Source: Pedosphaera sp.
Lineage (GTDB): Bacteria > Verrucomicrobiota > Verrucomicrobiia > Limisphaerales > SIBH01
NCBI GenBank assembly: GCA_031414955.1
Contig: JANOQV010000174.1
Coordinates: 1 to 26,810, forward strand
DNA length: 26,810 bases
Direction of reading: 5' to 3'
This document shows, piece by piece, positions 1 through 9,414 of the stretch (positions are counted from its first letter, which is position 1; every line of letters starts with the position of its first letter). Below the pieces are notes generated by a model. It saw only the letters and a program-made list of their open reading frames with translations, had not been told where the DNA came from and searched no databases. A program made the position numbers and the translations under genes.

Positions 1-40
1 GGGCAGCTTGCGCTGCCCGAGTGACTTTTCAGACAGGCTC
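1..40. repeat. Partial palindromic/MITE-like element end
   Basis: Hairpin GGGCAGC-TTGC-GCTGCCC (1-18), then TTTTCAGACAGGCTC (26-40) abutting TTAA, which contains the ROK stop codon. This resembles an IS5-like/MITE terminal inverted repeat at a TA-rich target. Truncated by the window edge. Confidence 0.35.
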
Positions 41-940
41 TTAACGCTTTGCTGCTAATTGCAAGCCGTTCCAAGCCGCTCCGTACGCGCCGGCCAGTTC
101 ACCCAGTTGCGCCGGGAGAATTTTCACCGGTGATGCGCCGACGTTCCATTCTGTGTCGCGCACAATCTCTTCCAGCGGCTTGAACAGAGCCTCGCCCGCT
201 CGCGCGATGCCGCCACCGATGATGACAGCCTCAGGATCCAGCACGTTGATGAGCGAACTGACCGCGCAACCCAGCGCGTGCACCGACTTCAGCCAAAACT
301 GTGAAGCCTGTTCATCGCCATTCAGGTGCGCCTCGACGAGTTCGTGCGTGGTGTGGAAACGTCCGCCGGTGCGCGGACCGATCGTGCAGTTGCCGAACAT
401 CACTTCGAGGCTGCCGGGCATTCCGCACACGTCGCGCGGGCCTTCCAGATCGAGCGAGATGTGACCGAGATGCCCGGCGCGACCCAGCGCGCCCTTCAAC
501 AGCCGTCCATCCACCATCGCCGCACCACCTACCCCGGTGCCAAGCGTGAGCAGGAAGACGTTCTTGAAACCGCGCGCCGCGCCCAGCCACGACTCGCCGA
601 GCAGCGCGGCGTGGGCGTCGTTCAACACCGGCACGACTGAAGTTCGCCCGAGAAACTCCGTCCAGTTCAGTCCCTCCAACCCGCGCAGCCGTCCCGGCAT
701 CACGGCGATGGTTCGGCCATCCGCACTGGCCAGGCCCGGAGCAGACAGGCCGATGGCCTGCGCCGGGCCGCCTTGCTTCGCCTCCAACTCCTGGGCGAGG
801 CGTTGAATCTGCCGCGCCCAATCCAGATCCTGCCGGGCATCAAACGGAACATTCGCCTCGTCCAGCAGCCGGCCTTCCGGCGTAACGGCCACCGCCTTCA
901 CGCTGCTGCCGCCGAGATCAATGCCGAGGACGTAGCTCAT
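41..940 (-). CDS. ROK family sugar kinase (glucokinase-like)
   Basis: N-terminal GIDLGGS ATP-binding motif, NDAHAAxxGE, LTLGTGVGG, G(H)LGH, Zn-site-like CGxxGSLE, IIGGGI and terminal AGAYGAA. Confidence 0.92.
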   Translation of the reverse strand: MSYVLGIDLGGSSVKAVAVTPEGRLLDEANVPFDARQDLDWARQIQRLAQELEAKQGGPAQAIGLSAPGLASADGRTIAVMPGRLRGLEGLNWTEFLGRTSVVPVLNDAHAALLGESWLGAARGFKNVFLLTLGTGVGGAAMVDGRLLKGALGRAGHLGHISLDLEGPRDVCGMPGSLEVMFGNCTIGPRTGGRFHTTHELVEAHLNGDEQASQFWLKSVHALGCAVSSLINVLDPEAVIIGGGIARAGEALFKPLEEIVRDTEWNVGASPVKILPAQLGELAGAYGAAWNGLQLAAKR

Positions 941-967
941 TCGTTCGCGCCGGGTTGCAGAAAAACT

Positions 968-1462
968 TCAGCGCGGCTTCAGCGTGATGGCGCGCAAGTC
1001 CATCACGGCCAGTCCCGGCTTTTTCACTGGCTTCACCTCGACAGTGAAATTTCCTGGAGCCGCCAGCGTGAAGGTGCCGATGACGCGGTTGGTCCAGGTC
1101 GTGAACGAGCCGGTGTCTGGCACCACGTCCTTGATGACCTGGTCGCCGATGGAAAAGTTGACCTCGCTGCCGCCGCTGCCCTTGCCGCAGGCTTGGGTGA
1201 GCGTGACCTCGAACTTGCCTGGCGTCTTGACCGAGAAGTCCCAGCTCACCCAGTCGTCAGCCCGCGTCCAGTAGCCGATGGTGTTTTTATGCGGCTGCGG
1301 CTCGTAGCGGATGTTCTTCCCGTGGACGGTGGCGTTCGTGGCGAGCAGGACGATGGAGCCATCGGTTTTCTGCTCGTTGGCCGGGCGAATCTCGGCGGCG
1401 CGAAGGAGAAGGCTGGCGAGAAATACAACCACAGTGAAAGCAGGAGCGACTTTGGAATTCAT
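968..1462 (-). CDS. Secreted protein, stand-alone CBM6/35-like beta-sandwich domain of the type found at the C-termini of PVC sulfatases/glycosidases
   Basis: Signal peptide; DGSIVL..A.VHG..IRYE..KNTIGYW...DWVSWDF..PGKFEV..CG.GSGGS..DTGSF..VMDLR pattern; host-like codon usage. Confidence 0.7.
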   Translation of the reverse strand: MNSKVAPAFTVVVFLASLLLRAAEIRPANEQKTDGSIVLLATNATVHGKNIRYEPQPHKNTIGYWTRADDWVSWDFSVKTPGKFEVTLTQACGKGSGGSEVNFSIGDQVIKDVVPDTGSFTTWTNRVIGTFTLAAPGNFTVEVKPVKKPGLAVMDLRAITLKPR

Positions 1463-1535
1463 GCGCGGAGGATGATAGGAGCGCCTTCGTCACGCAAGTG
1501 CGGGCCAGTTTTATGCTGCCTGCGAATGGGGACAG

Positions 1536-1645
1536 CGCGGGTAGGGCGTCGCTGTCCTCAGCGCGCCGGGGTGGGGTGTCCGCAAGATCGGGCGTTCTCT
1601 CAAGCCGTGGCCCGGCGCGCTGAGGACAGCGACGCCCTACCCGCG
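1536..1645. repeat. GTAG-type REP doublet (REPIN-like long palindrome)
   Basis: Perfect 35-bp inverted arms, 1536-1570 (CGCGGGTAGGGCGTCGCTGTCCTCAGCGCGCCGGG) and 1611-1645, around a 40-bp spacer. A second copy of the arm lies at 26741-26770. Confidence 0.85.
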
Positions 1646-1666
1646 TCAGTCCGCAGTAAACGCATC

Positions 1667-3319
1667 TCAGCGCAGCAGCGCCTCGGCGTGTTTGCGCGCG
1701 GCGGGACTGGCCCCGCCGAGCATGCGGGCCAGCTCCTCGACGCGGTCGGCTTGGCCAAGGAGTTGAATCTCCGAAACGGTCCGGCCTTCTTGCATCTGCT
1801 TCGTGACCACGAAATGCGCGTCGGCGTGCGCCGCGACCGGCGCGAGGTGGGTGATGCACAGCACCTGATGAGTGCGCGCGATTTGCTTCATCTTCTCGCC
1901 CACGGCGTGGGCCGTTTCGCCGCCCACGTTCGCATCCACTTCGTCGAAGATCAGCACCGGCACGTCATCCTCAGCGGCCAGCACCGTCTTCAAGGCCAAC
2001 ATCACGCGGGCCATTTCGCCGGAGGAAGCGATGACGCGGAGAGGGCGGGCCGGCTCGCCGGGGTTGGGCGCGAACTGGAATTCAACCGTGTCGAGGCCGC
2101 TCGCCGACGGAGTGCTGGCCGCGATGGCCACGTCGAACTTGCTTTGCGCGAAGCCGAGCGCGGCGAGTTCCCGTGCCACGGCTTTGCCCAGTCGCGGCAC
2201 CAGCTTCTTGCGTTCGCTGGAAAGCTGGTGGCCCACGCGGGCCAGTTCGCGATCCAGTTTTTGCAACTCCTCATGGAGCCGCGCGAGTTCCGCATCGCGC
2301 TGTTCGAGAGACTGGAGGTTGCGCCGGGCCTCTTCCCCAAAAGTGATCACGGCCGCGAGCGTGGAGCCGTACTTGCGTTTCAGGGATTGCAGCAGATTGA
2401 GCCGTTCCTCCAACTCGCGCAGGCGCGCCGGATCCAGTTCCACAGAATCCAGATAGTGCGAAAGACCCGCCTGCAGCTCGCGCCACGCGGCTACTCCCTG
2501 TTCGTGGAATTGCGCCAAGGCCTGGGCTGAAGCATCGGCTCTCTGGAGATCATGCAAGACGCGCCCGAGCGCCCCGGCTTGCGTCAGCAACGCCGCGTCG
2601 CTCTCGCTCAACAAGTCGAGCGCGCCCTGGCTGAGTTCCAGCAACCGGGCCGAGTTGCGGGCGCGCTGGTAATCCGCCTCGATGGTTTCGTCCTCGCCGG
2701 GTTGAAGCTTTGCGCCTTCGATTTCGCGGGTCTGAAAGCGCAGCAGGTCCAGTTGCTGCGCGTAAGTCTTCTCATCGACGATGAGCGCGGTCTTCTCCGC
2801 CTCGACCCGGGACTTCTCCCGCAGCAAAGCAGCGAACTCATCGCGCTTCGGCTCCAGCTTGCCGAACGCGTCCAGGATGGCGAGCTGGCGCGCGGGCTGG
2901 AGCAGCGACTGATGCTCGTGCGGCCCGTGCATGTCCACCAGCCATTCGCCAAGGGTGGCGAGGGTGGCGAGGGTCGTCGGGGAGCCGTTGACGAACTGAC
3001 GGTTCGTGCCCGCCGCCGTGAAGGCGCGCTTGATGACAAGCTGGTGATCCTCGCACGGCTCCAATCCGTTCTCGTCCAAAAAACTTTTCAGCGGCGCGCG
3101 CAGCCGGCGCACATCGAAGACCGCCTCAACCGAGCAACTGTCCGCGCCGGCCCGGATGGACGTGCGGTCGGCGCGCTGGCCGAGGGCAAGGTTGAGCGCG
3201 CCGATGATGATGGATTTGCCCGCGCCGGTCTCGCCGCTGATGGCGTTGTAGCCGGACTGGAGTTCCAGCGTCAGATCAGCGACCAGCGCGAGGTTTTTGA
3301 TTCGCAACGTGGCGAGCAC
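1667..3319 (-). CDS. recN: DNA repair protein RecN
   Basis: Start reassigned to GTG at 3319 (MLATLRIKNLALV). Walker A GETGAGKS, DMHGPHEHQ, long coiled coil, ASSGE signature, Walker B LIFDEVD, CITHL, RVEELARMLGG; 550 aa. Confidence 0.95.
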   Translation of the reverse strand: MLATLRIKNLALVADLTLELQSGYNAISGETGAGKSIIIGALNLALGQRADRTSIRAGADSCSVEAVFDVRRLRAPLKSFLDENGLEPCEDHQLVIKRAFTAAGTNRQFVNGSPTTLATLATLGEWLVDMHGPHEHQSLLQPARQLAILDAFGKLEPKRDEFAALLREKSRVEAEKTALIVDEKTYAQQLDLLRFQTREIEGAKLQPGEDETIEADYQRARNSARLLELSQGALDLLSESDAALLTQAGALGRVLHDLQRADASAQALAQFHEQGVAAWRELQAGLSHYLDSVELDPARLRELEERLNLLQSLKRKYGSTLAAVITFGEEARRNLQSLEQRDAELARLHEELQKLDRELARVGHQLSSERKKLVPRLGKAVARELAALGFAQSKFDVAIAASTPSASGLDTVEFQFAPNPGEPARPLRVIASSGEMARVMLALKTVLAAEDDVPVLIFDEVDANVGGETAHAVGEKMKQIARTHQVLCITHLAPVAAHADAHFVVTKQMQEGRTVSEIQLLGQADRVEELARMLGGASPAARKHAEALLR

Positions 3320-3395
3320 GGGGAAAGGTTGCGCGAGACGGGCCGGTCCGGCAAAGTTTTTCCACGAACCGATGAACCTGATGAGCGCGGGGGCT

Positions 3396-3522
3396 AAATC
3401 CCAAATTTCAAATTCCAAACTCCAAGCCCCAAACTCCAAAGCGGCGCAATTGGCAGCGTCCGGGCGGTTGGAATTTGAGATTTGGAGCTTATTTGGGATT
3501 TGGGATTTGGAACTTGGAATTT
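3396..3522. repeat. Inverted pair of 7-bp tandem repeat arrays (AAATCCC/AAACTCC-type and TTTGGGA/TTGGAAT-type)
   Basis: About 6 units AAATCCC AAATTTC AAATTCC AAACTCC AAGCCCC AAACTCC (3396-3440) face about 8 complementary units (3468-3522). AT-rich and intergenic between divergent genes. Confidence 0.85.
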
Positions 3523-3527
3523 AACCC

Positions 3528-4313
3528 ATGTCCTTCTCTCTCACTTTCCTCGGCTCCGGCACTTCCCAGGGGGTGCCCATTATCGGCCAGGATTATGCGC
3601 CCGAGTTTTTAGCCAACCCCAAGAATCACCGCACGCGCCCGTCGATTTACATCGAGACGCCGCAGGTCAAAGTTGTGGTAGATACCACGCCGGAATTCCG
3701 ACTCCAGTGTCTGCGCGAGAACATTCGCTGGCTGGACGCGGTGGTTTTCACTCACGCCCATGCCGACCACATCATGGGCCTGGACGATTGCCGGCGGTTT
3801 TGCGACCTGCGCGGCGGCGCGCTGCCGGTCTATGCCGATGAGCCTACGATGACGGCGCTCAAGCGTGTCTTCGCCTACGCCTTTCACGGCGGGCCGATTC
3901 CCAAGGGTTACTTCATGCCCGACCAACGGGTCATCACCGGGCCGTTTGAGATTGGTGATTTGAAACTGACCCCATTCGAATTGCCCCACGGACGCATGAA
4001 CACGACCGGATTCCTGTTCGAGCAGGGTGGCCGCAAACGCCTGGCCTACTTCAGCGACTGCAAGGAAGTCCCAGCCGAAGCCATTCGCGCCACCCGCGGC
4101 GTCGAGGTGGCGGTGCTGGATGCGTTACGGCGCGACCCGCACCCCACGCACATGTGCCTCGATGAAGCTCTGACCACGGCCCGTCGTATCGGCGCGGATC
4201 GGACGTTCTTCACCCACCTCACCCACGACTACGACCACGATTCAGCGCAGGCTGAGCTGCCGGAAACTGTGTCGTTGGCTTACGACGGGCTGCGGGTAGA
4301 GTTCTCCGCATGA
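3528..4313 (+). CDS. MBL-fold metallo-hydrolase, PhnP/YycJ-like phosphodiesterase
   Basis: [24 protein letters not shown] (HxHxDH), PHG, YFSD, HPTH, THLTH, AYDGL. Confidence 0.9.
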   Translation: MSFSLTFLGSGTSQGVPIIGQDYAPEFLANPKNHRTRPSIYIETPQVKVVVDTTPEFRLQCLRENIRWLDAVVFTHAHADHIMGLDDCRRFCDLRGGALPVYADEPTMTALKRVFAYAFHGGPIPKGYFMPDQRVITGPFEIGDLKLTPFELPHGRMNTTGFLFEQGGRKRLAYFSDCKEVPAEAIRATRGVEVAVLDALRRDPHPTHMCLDEALTTARRIGADRTFFTHLTHDYDHDSAQAELPETVSLAYDGLRVEFSA

Positions 4314-5971
4314 CGAAGTGGATTGGCAGAATTTTCCTGGCGGCAATGATGCTGGCCGGCGGCTTGCGCGCGGCCAGCGAAGGCGACTCAGTGGTCGTGA
4401 TCTATAACAAGAACCTGCGCGAGTCGAAGCGGCTGGCGGAGCATTACGCCGCGCGCCGCGCCGTTCCGAGCCGGCAACTCCTCGGCGTGGATGTGGAGAG
4501 CACCTCCGAGTCGATGACCCGCGCCGATTTTCGCGACAAGCTGGAGAAGCCAATCTACGACTGGCTGGTCAAGGAGAAGTTTCTCACGCCCAACAAGTCG
4601 GCGCGCAAGACCGGCGAAACGGATTACCACCCCGTCCTCCAGGCGAAAGTCCGTTACCTCATCCTCTGCTGGGGCGTGCCGCTGAAGATCGCCCGCGACC
4701 CGGCCTGGCAGGAACCGGGTCTGGAGAACATCCAGCCTGAGTTGAAGGGGCGGAACGAAGCCGCCGTGGACGCGGAACTCGCGTTGCTGCCGGTGAGCGG
4801 CCTCGAAGGACTGACGCTCACCGGTCCGCTCGCCAACACCTTGTACGGCACGACCAACGCGCTGCTGCTTCATCCCACGAACGGCCTGCTCATGGTCGCG
4901 CGGCTCGACGGTCCGAGTTTCGAGATCGCGCGCAGCCTGGTGGACAAGGCGCTCCAGGCGGAAGCGACAGGCTTGTGGGGCCGCTCTTACATCGACTCGC
5001 GCGGTCTCACCAACGGACCCTACAAACAGGGCGACGACTGGATGCGCGCGGCCGCAACCATTACGCGTCGGCTCGGTTTTGAAACGGAAGTGAACACTCA
5101 GGAGGCCCTGTTCCCAACCGGCTTTCCCATGAGCCATCTTGCGATCTACGCCGGCTGGTATGATGGAAGCCCCTCCGGCGCGCTGGCCCAGCCGCAGATG
5201 GAGTTCATGCCGGGTGCGTTCGCCTATCACCTGCACTCGTTCAGCGCGAGCACGCTGCGCTCGACCAGCCAGGGCTGGGCCGGGCCGTTGCTGGCCAAGG
5301 GCGCGACCATCACGCTTGGCTGTGTCGATGAGCCTTATCTGGCCGGCACGCCGAACATCGCCCTGCTGCTCGAACGTCTGGGCTTCCGCCGCTGGACCTT
5401 TGGCGAAGCCGCCTACGCCGCGCAGGCGTCGCTCTCCTGGCAGACCACCGTGGTGGGCGATCCGCTCTACCGCCCGTTCGGGGCGGCACCCGACGCACTG
5501 CATTTCAAACTCGAGAAGGAGAATAGCCCGCTCGTCCCATGGTCGCACTTACGCGTCCTGGGGGTGAACGAGGCTACCGGCCTGCCCGTGAACGATTTGA
5601 TCAAATATCTCGAGGACATTCCCGAGGTCACCACCAACAGCGCGGTGCTCATGGAGCGGCTCGGTCATCTGCGCTTGAAGACCGGGCAACTGGACAAGGC
5701 GGCGGACAGCTTGAGCGCGGCGTTGAAGCTCAACCCTTCCGCGCAGCAGCGCATCTGGATCATCGACCTGCTGGCCCAGATTCAGGCGCAGCTTGGCCGC
5801 ACCCAGCCGGCCTTCGATACCTTCAAGTTGCTGCTGACCGTTTCGCCGGACTACTTCGATGCCGGTCGCGCCAACTCCGCACTGGCCAAACTCGCCCGCG
5901 ACCTTGGCCGCAAGGAGGACGCGGCCAAGTTTGAGCAGGAGGCGCAACGGCTGGGCTGGGTTGCGCGGTAG
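4310..5971 (+). CDS. TIGR03790 family exported protein with C-terminal TPR-like helices
   Basis: Signal peptide; [65 protein letters not shown] overlap with the upstream gene. Confidence 0.8.
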   Translation: MTKWIGRIFLAAMMLAGGLRAASEGDSVVVIYNKNLRESKRLAEHYAARRAVPSRQLLGVDVESTSESMTRADFRDKLEKPIYDWLVKEKFLTPNKSARKTGETDYHPVLQAKVRYLILCWGVPLKIARDPAWQEPGLENIQPELKGRNEAAVDAELALLPVSGLEGLTLTGPLANTLYGTTNALLLHPTNGLLMVARLDGPSFEIARSLVDKALQAEATGLWGRSYIDSRGLTNGPYKQGDDWMRAAATITRRLGFETEVNTQEALFPTGFPMSHLAIYAGWYDGSPSGALAQPQMEFMPGAFAYHLHSFSASTLRSTSQGWAGPLLAKGATITLGCVDEPYLAGTPNIALLLERLGFRRWTFGEAAYAAQASLSWQTTVVGDPLYRPFGAAPDALHFKLEKENSPLVPWSHLRVLGVNEATGLPVNDLIKYLEDIPEVTTNSAVLMERLGHLRLKTGQLDKAADSLSAALKLNPSAQQRIWIIDLLAQIQAQLGRTQPAFDTFKLLLTVSPDYFDAGRANSALAKLARDLGRKEDAAKFEQEAQRLGWVAR

Positions 5972-6101
5972 GCGGGCCGATGTCCACGGGCCTGAAAGGG
6001 ATTGGCTACGGCGCCGACGATTGCGGCCCACGTCCGTGGCGTAACTGAGGGTGCCGGAAAAATAGTTTCAAAGAAAAGCATCCGTTCGGCATCTTAATCT
6101 T

Positions 6102-8258
6102 ATGCACGCATTGCGTTGGCTGGTTCTGTTGTCAGTGGCGCTGAGTTGCGCCGGCGCGGACTTTGAGTTTCGTGGCGCGGCGAGCCCGTTCACGCGCCAG
6201 CGCCCGGTCCGCGCCCGGCTCGTCCTCTCACATGAAATAGCGAAGCCCGGCGAGACCATCATGGCCGGGGTCGAGTTGACCATGGAATCCGGCTGGCACA
6301 CCTACTGGCAGAACCCCGGGGTCGGCGAGGCAACAAAGATTCTATGGGCGGCTTCCGAAGGCCTCGCCCCCGGCCCGATTCAATGGCCGGTGCCGGAGAA
6401 ATACACCACGGGCGAAGAGGTGAAGCTGACCAGCTACATTTATCACGACCGCGTGGTGCTCCTCGCGCCGATCCAGGTGGCCGATAACGCCCCCGTCGGA
6501 CTCCGCGAGTTGAGCGCCCTCGTCAAATGGCTCCAGTGTGAAAAGATCTGCGTGCCCGGCAGCAACCTGGTTTCCGCCATGTTGACCATCGGCAATGAAT
6601 CCAAGCTCACCGACGAGACGAACTTCTTCGCCCAAGCTCAAAGTCGGCTCCCGTCGAAGCAGGGGCCAGGCACCGTGTCGGCAAAATGGGACCAGCCGCC
6701 GAACGTAACGAACCGGGCCTTCGTCATCGAATGGTCAACCGCCGCCACGGGGCCGGACTTCTTCCCCTTCACCAACGCCTTCGCGAAAGTCGGCGGCCCC
6801 ACGGCGGTGGCCAACACCGGCAGCAATGTGGTCCTGCGCAAAACCGCCACGCGCGACGGTCCTGAATGGCCCAGGGAAATCGCCGGCCTGCTCGTGCGCA
6901 AAGAGAACGGCTTGCTCGTCGGTTTTGAAACGACGCTGCAACTCGCCGACGCGAATTTTGCCGGCGCGACGTCTGCGGGTGTTGGCGGCGAAACCAAGTC
7001 CATCTTCGTCTGGTTGGTCTATGCCTTTCTTGGCGGATTGATCCTCAACATCATGCCCTGCGTGTTGCCCGTAATCGCGTTGAAGATTCTCGGCTTCGTC
7101 AGCCAGAGCCGCGAGCAACCGGGCCGCGTGCGCACGCTCGGACTTCTCTACACCCTCGGAGTGGTCGTCTCGTTTCTCGTGCTGGCCGGCCTTGTCATAG
7201 GGGTGAAGGCGGCGGGACAAAAAGCCGGCTGGGGCATGCAGTTCAGCAACCCTCAATTCATCATCGTGCTCACCGTCATCGTCACGCTCGTGGCGTTGAA
7301 TCTCTTCGGCGTGTTTGAAGTAACCCTGAGCGGACGCGCCGTCTCGGCCGCCGGCGACGTCGCCTCGCGCCACGGGGGCGCAGGTGCCTTCATGAATGGA
7401 GTGCTCGCGACGCTGCTGGCCACGCCCTGCACCGCGCCGTTTCTCGGAGCGGCCCTCGGTTTCGCTTTCGTGCAACCCGCACCCGTCATCGCGCTCTTCT
7501 TCGTAACCGTTGCGCTTGGGTTGGCTCTGCCCTACCTGCTGCTGAGTTGGAATCCGCGCTGGCTGAAATTCCTGCCCAAGCCCGGCGCGTGGATGGAGCG
7601 CTTCAAGATCGCCATGGGCTTCCCCATGCTCGCCACCGCCGTGTGGCTCTTCACGCTCACCAACACGCACTACGGCAAACGCGTCTGGTGGCTGGGCGTG
7701 TTCCTCGTCGCCGTCGCGATGGCCGTGTGGATCTTCGGCGAGTTCGTTCAACGCGGCACGAAGCGGCGCGGCCTTTCGCTCGCCTTGGTGCTGCTGCTTT
7801 TTGGTGGTGGTTACCTCTACGCCGTCGAGAAGCAACTGCGCTGGCGCAGTCCGATGGTCGAGGCGGAGGGCGGCGAGTCGGAGACCTTTCAGGAAGCGCC
7901 CGGCGGTATTGTCTGGCGGCGTTGGAGCGCCGCCAATGTGACTAAGTTTCGCGCCGAGGGCCGGCCCATCCTCGTGGATTTCACAGCCGAATGGTGCGTG
8001 ACCTGCAACACTGTCGTTAAGCCCGCCCTCGAGAGCGCTTCTGTCCGCGCCAAGCTCAAGGAGGTCAACGCCGTGGCGTTGCTCGCCGACTACACCAAGT
8101 TTCCGCCCGCCATCAGCGCCGAACTGGAAAAGTATCAACGCGCGGGTGTGCCGATGGTGCTGGTCTATCCCAAGGACGCGAGCAAGCCGGCCATCGTGCT
8201 GCCTGAATTACCCACGCCTGGCGTCATCGTGCAGGCGCTCGAGGCAGCATCGAAGTAA
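6102..8258 (+). CDS. dsbD: Protein-disulfide reductase DsbD family (N-terminal domain, transmembrane domain, thioredoxin domain)
   Basis: GWHTYWQNPG and CEKIC in the N-domain; LNIMPCVLPV and TPCTAPFLG transmembrane cysteines; VDFTAEWCVTC and GVP in the thioredoxin domain. Confidence 0.9.
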   Translation: MHALRWLVLLSVALSCAGADFEFRGAASPFTRQRPVRARLVLSHEIAKPGETIMAGVELTMESGWHTYWQNPGVGEATKILWAASEGLAPGPIQWPVPEKYTTGEEVKLTSYIYHDRVVLLAPIQVADNAPVGLRELSALVKWLQCEKICVPGSNLVSAMLTIGNESKLTDETNFFAQAQSRLPSKQGPGTVSAKWDQPPNVTNRAFVIEWSTAATGPDFFPFTNAFAKVGGPTAVANTGSNVVLRKTATRDGPEWPREIAGLLVRKENGLLVGFETTLQLADANFAGATSAGVGGETKSIFVWLVYAFLGGLILNIMPCVLPVIALKILGFVSQSREQPGRVRTLGLLYTLGVVVSFLVLAGLVIGVKAAGQKAGWGMQFSNPQFIIVLTVIVTLVALNLFGVFEVTLSGRAVSAAGDVASRHGGAGAFMNGVLATLLATPCTAPFLGAALGFAFVQPAPVIALFFVTVALGLALPYLLLSWNPRWLKFLPKPGAWMERFKIAMGFPMLATAVWLFTLTNTHYGKRVWWLGVFLVAVAMAVWIFGEFVQRGTKRRGLSLALVLLLFGGGYLYAVEKQLRWRSPMVEAEGGESETFQEAPGGIVWRRWSAANVTKFRAEGRPILVDFTAEWCVTCNTVVKPALESASVRAKLKEVNAVALLADYTKFPPAISAELEKYQRAGVPMVLVYPKDASKPAIVLPELPTPGVIVQALEAASK

Positions 8259-8281
8259 TGATCTCGGGACCAACCAGGTGG

Positions 8282-8304
8282 CTTCGGTCGCGCTGCGACC
8301 GGAG
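8282..8304 (+). terminator. Possible terminator/stability hairpin downstream of dsbD
   Basis: 10-bp stem CTTCGGTCGC/GCGACCGGAG (one G-U pair) with a 3-nt loop, 23 nt after the stop codon. The U-tract is weak. Confidence 0.3.
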
Positions 8305-8388
8305 TTCCGAATCAAGTCTTCCCGCTCGATCTCGCCTCGCAGCGCGGGGCTTGCCACCTCGGAATCCCTGCAATCGAATCGGCTTCTC

Positions 8389-9309
8389 ATGATCACCATC
8401 GTCGGCAGCTTCAACATGGACCTCGTCATCGAGGTGCCGCGCTTTCCCGCGCCGGGTGAGGCCATTCTCGGGAGCAACTTCCGTCGTGCTTGTGGCGGCA
8501 AGGGCGCGAACCAGGCGCTGGCCATCGCCCGCATGGGATTGCCCGTCGCCATGATTGGCGCCGTCGGGCAGGATGCCTTCGGCGACGAGATGCTCGCCAA
8601 TCTCACCTCCTCCGGCGTGGACACGCGTGGTGTGACACGGCGCTCCGACCTGCCCAGCGGCACCGCCATGATCGTGCTCGATGCCAGCGGCCAGAACCAA
8701 ATCGTCGTGGCCAACGGCGCGAACGACACGCTCAATGCCGCCGACGTCGAACTTCATGCGAAGGTCATCCGTGCCAGCCGCTGCTTGGTCGTGCAATTGG
8801 AAACGCCTTTGCCTGGCGTGACCGCGGCCATACGGATCGCCACGCAAGCGGGCGTGCCCGTGCTGCTGAATCCCGCGCCCTTCGCGCCTGTGCCCGATGA
8901 CTTGCTGCGCCATTGCGCGTTCATCGTTCCCAATGAAGGCGAAGCCGCGAAGCTCACTGGGGTCGAGGTGCGCAATGTGGCGAGTGCCGCCGCTGCCGCC
9001 CGACGATTGCGCGAATGCGCTCCGCAAGCCGACGTGCTCGTCACCCTCGGCGCGAATGGTGTGTGGATCGACGCGAAGAACTTTGCCGGGCACGTCCCTG
9101 GCTTCAGCGTGACGGCCGTGGACACCGTCGGTGCCGGCGACACCTTCATCGGCGCATTCGTGGCGCGGGTAGCCGAGAGCGCAGATGTGCGCGAAGCGGT
9201 GCGCTTCGGTTGCGCCGCCGCCGCCATCGCCGTCACCCGGCGCGGCGCGCAGACGAGCATTCCGACCCGCGTGGAAGTGGAGCAATTCCTGGCGCGGGCC
9301 GGTGGTTGA
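8389..9309 (+). CDS. rbsK: Ribokinase (PfkB family)
   Basis: Start reassigned to ATG 8389 (MITIVGSFNMDL). GGKGANQA, VGQDAFG, GAN, QLE, NPAP, PNEGE, VDTVGAGDTFIG, GAQTSIP. Confidence 0.9.
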   Translation: MITIVGSFNMDLVIEVPRFPAPGEAILGSNFRRACGGKGANQALAIARMGLPVAMIGAVGQDAFGDEMLANLTSSGVDTRGVTRRSDLPSGTAMIVLDASGQNQIVVANGANDTLNAADVELHAKVIRASRCLVVQLETPLPGVTAAIRIATQAGVPVLLNPAPFAPVPDDLLRHCAFIVPNEGEAAKLTGVEVRNVASAAAAARRLRECAPQADVLVTLGANGVWIDAKNFAGHVPGFSVTAVDTVGAGDTFIGAFVARVAESADVREAVRFGCAAAAIAVTRRGAQTSIPTRVEVEQFLARAGG

Positions 9310-9414
9310 TTGCGTAGTCTGAGGTTGGCGCAGCACGCCTTCACGATCTGCTCCGACCGAGTTGAGCGCCCGGTTCGTTCTTGACCCTATTCGTGCAGTC
9401 CCGATGTTAGCCGC

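Noticed and set aside
1494..1507. Sigma-54-like promoter TGGCCCGCACTTGC on the minus strand
   Set aside because: The GG-to-GC spacing is 9 nt rather than the strict 10. A sigma70-like leaderless promoter explains the TTGC better.
773..3397. Long antisense ORFs (773-2530, 2552-3397; likewise 8224-9828, 12350-13606, 15647-17068, 22090-24819, 25112-26680)
   Set aside because: These are shadow ORFs opposite well-supported genes, expected at high GC, and show no recognisable motifs.
3320..3439. N-terminal extension of the recN ORF (MEFGAWSLEFEIWDL...)
   Set aside because: It is the translation of the heptamer repeat; RecN homology starts at GTG 3319.
5974..6039. Interleaved 6-bp complementary pairs (GGGCCG/CGGCCC, CCACGG/CCGTGG) suggesting a pseudoknot or riboswitch upstream of dsbD
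   Set aside because: Short GC-rich matches are expected by chance, and I recognised no riboswitch consensus.
8146..8388. 81-aa N-terminal extension of the ribokinase ORF
   Set aside because: It overlaps the dsbD 3' end; PfkB homology starts at ATG 8389.
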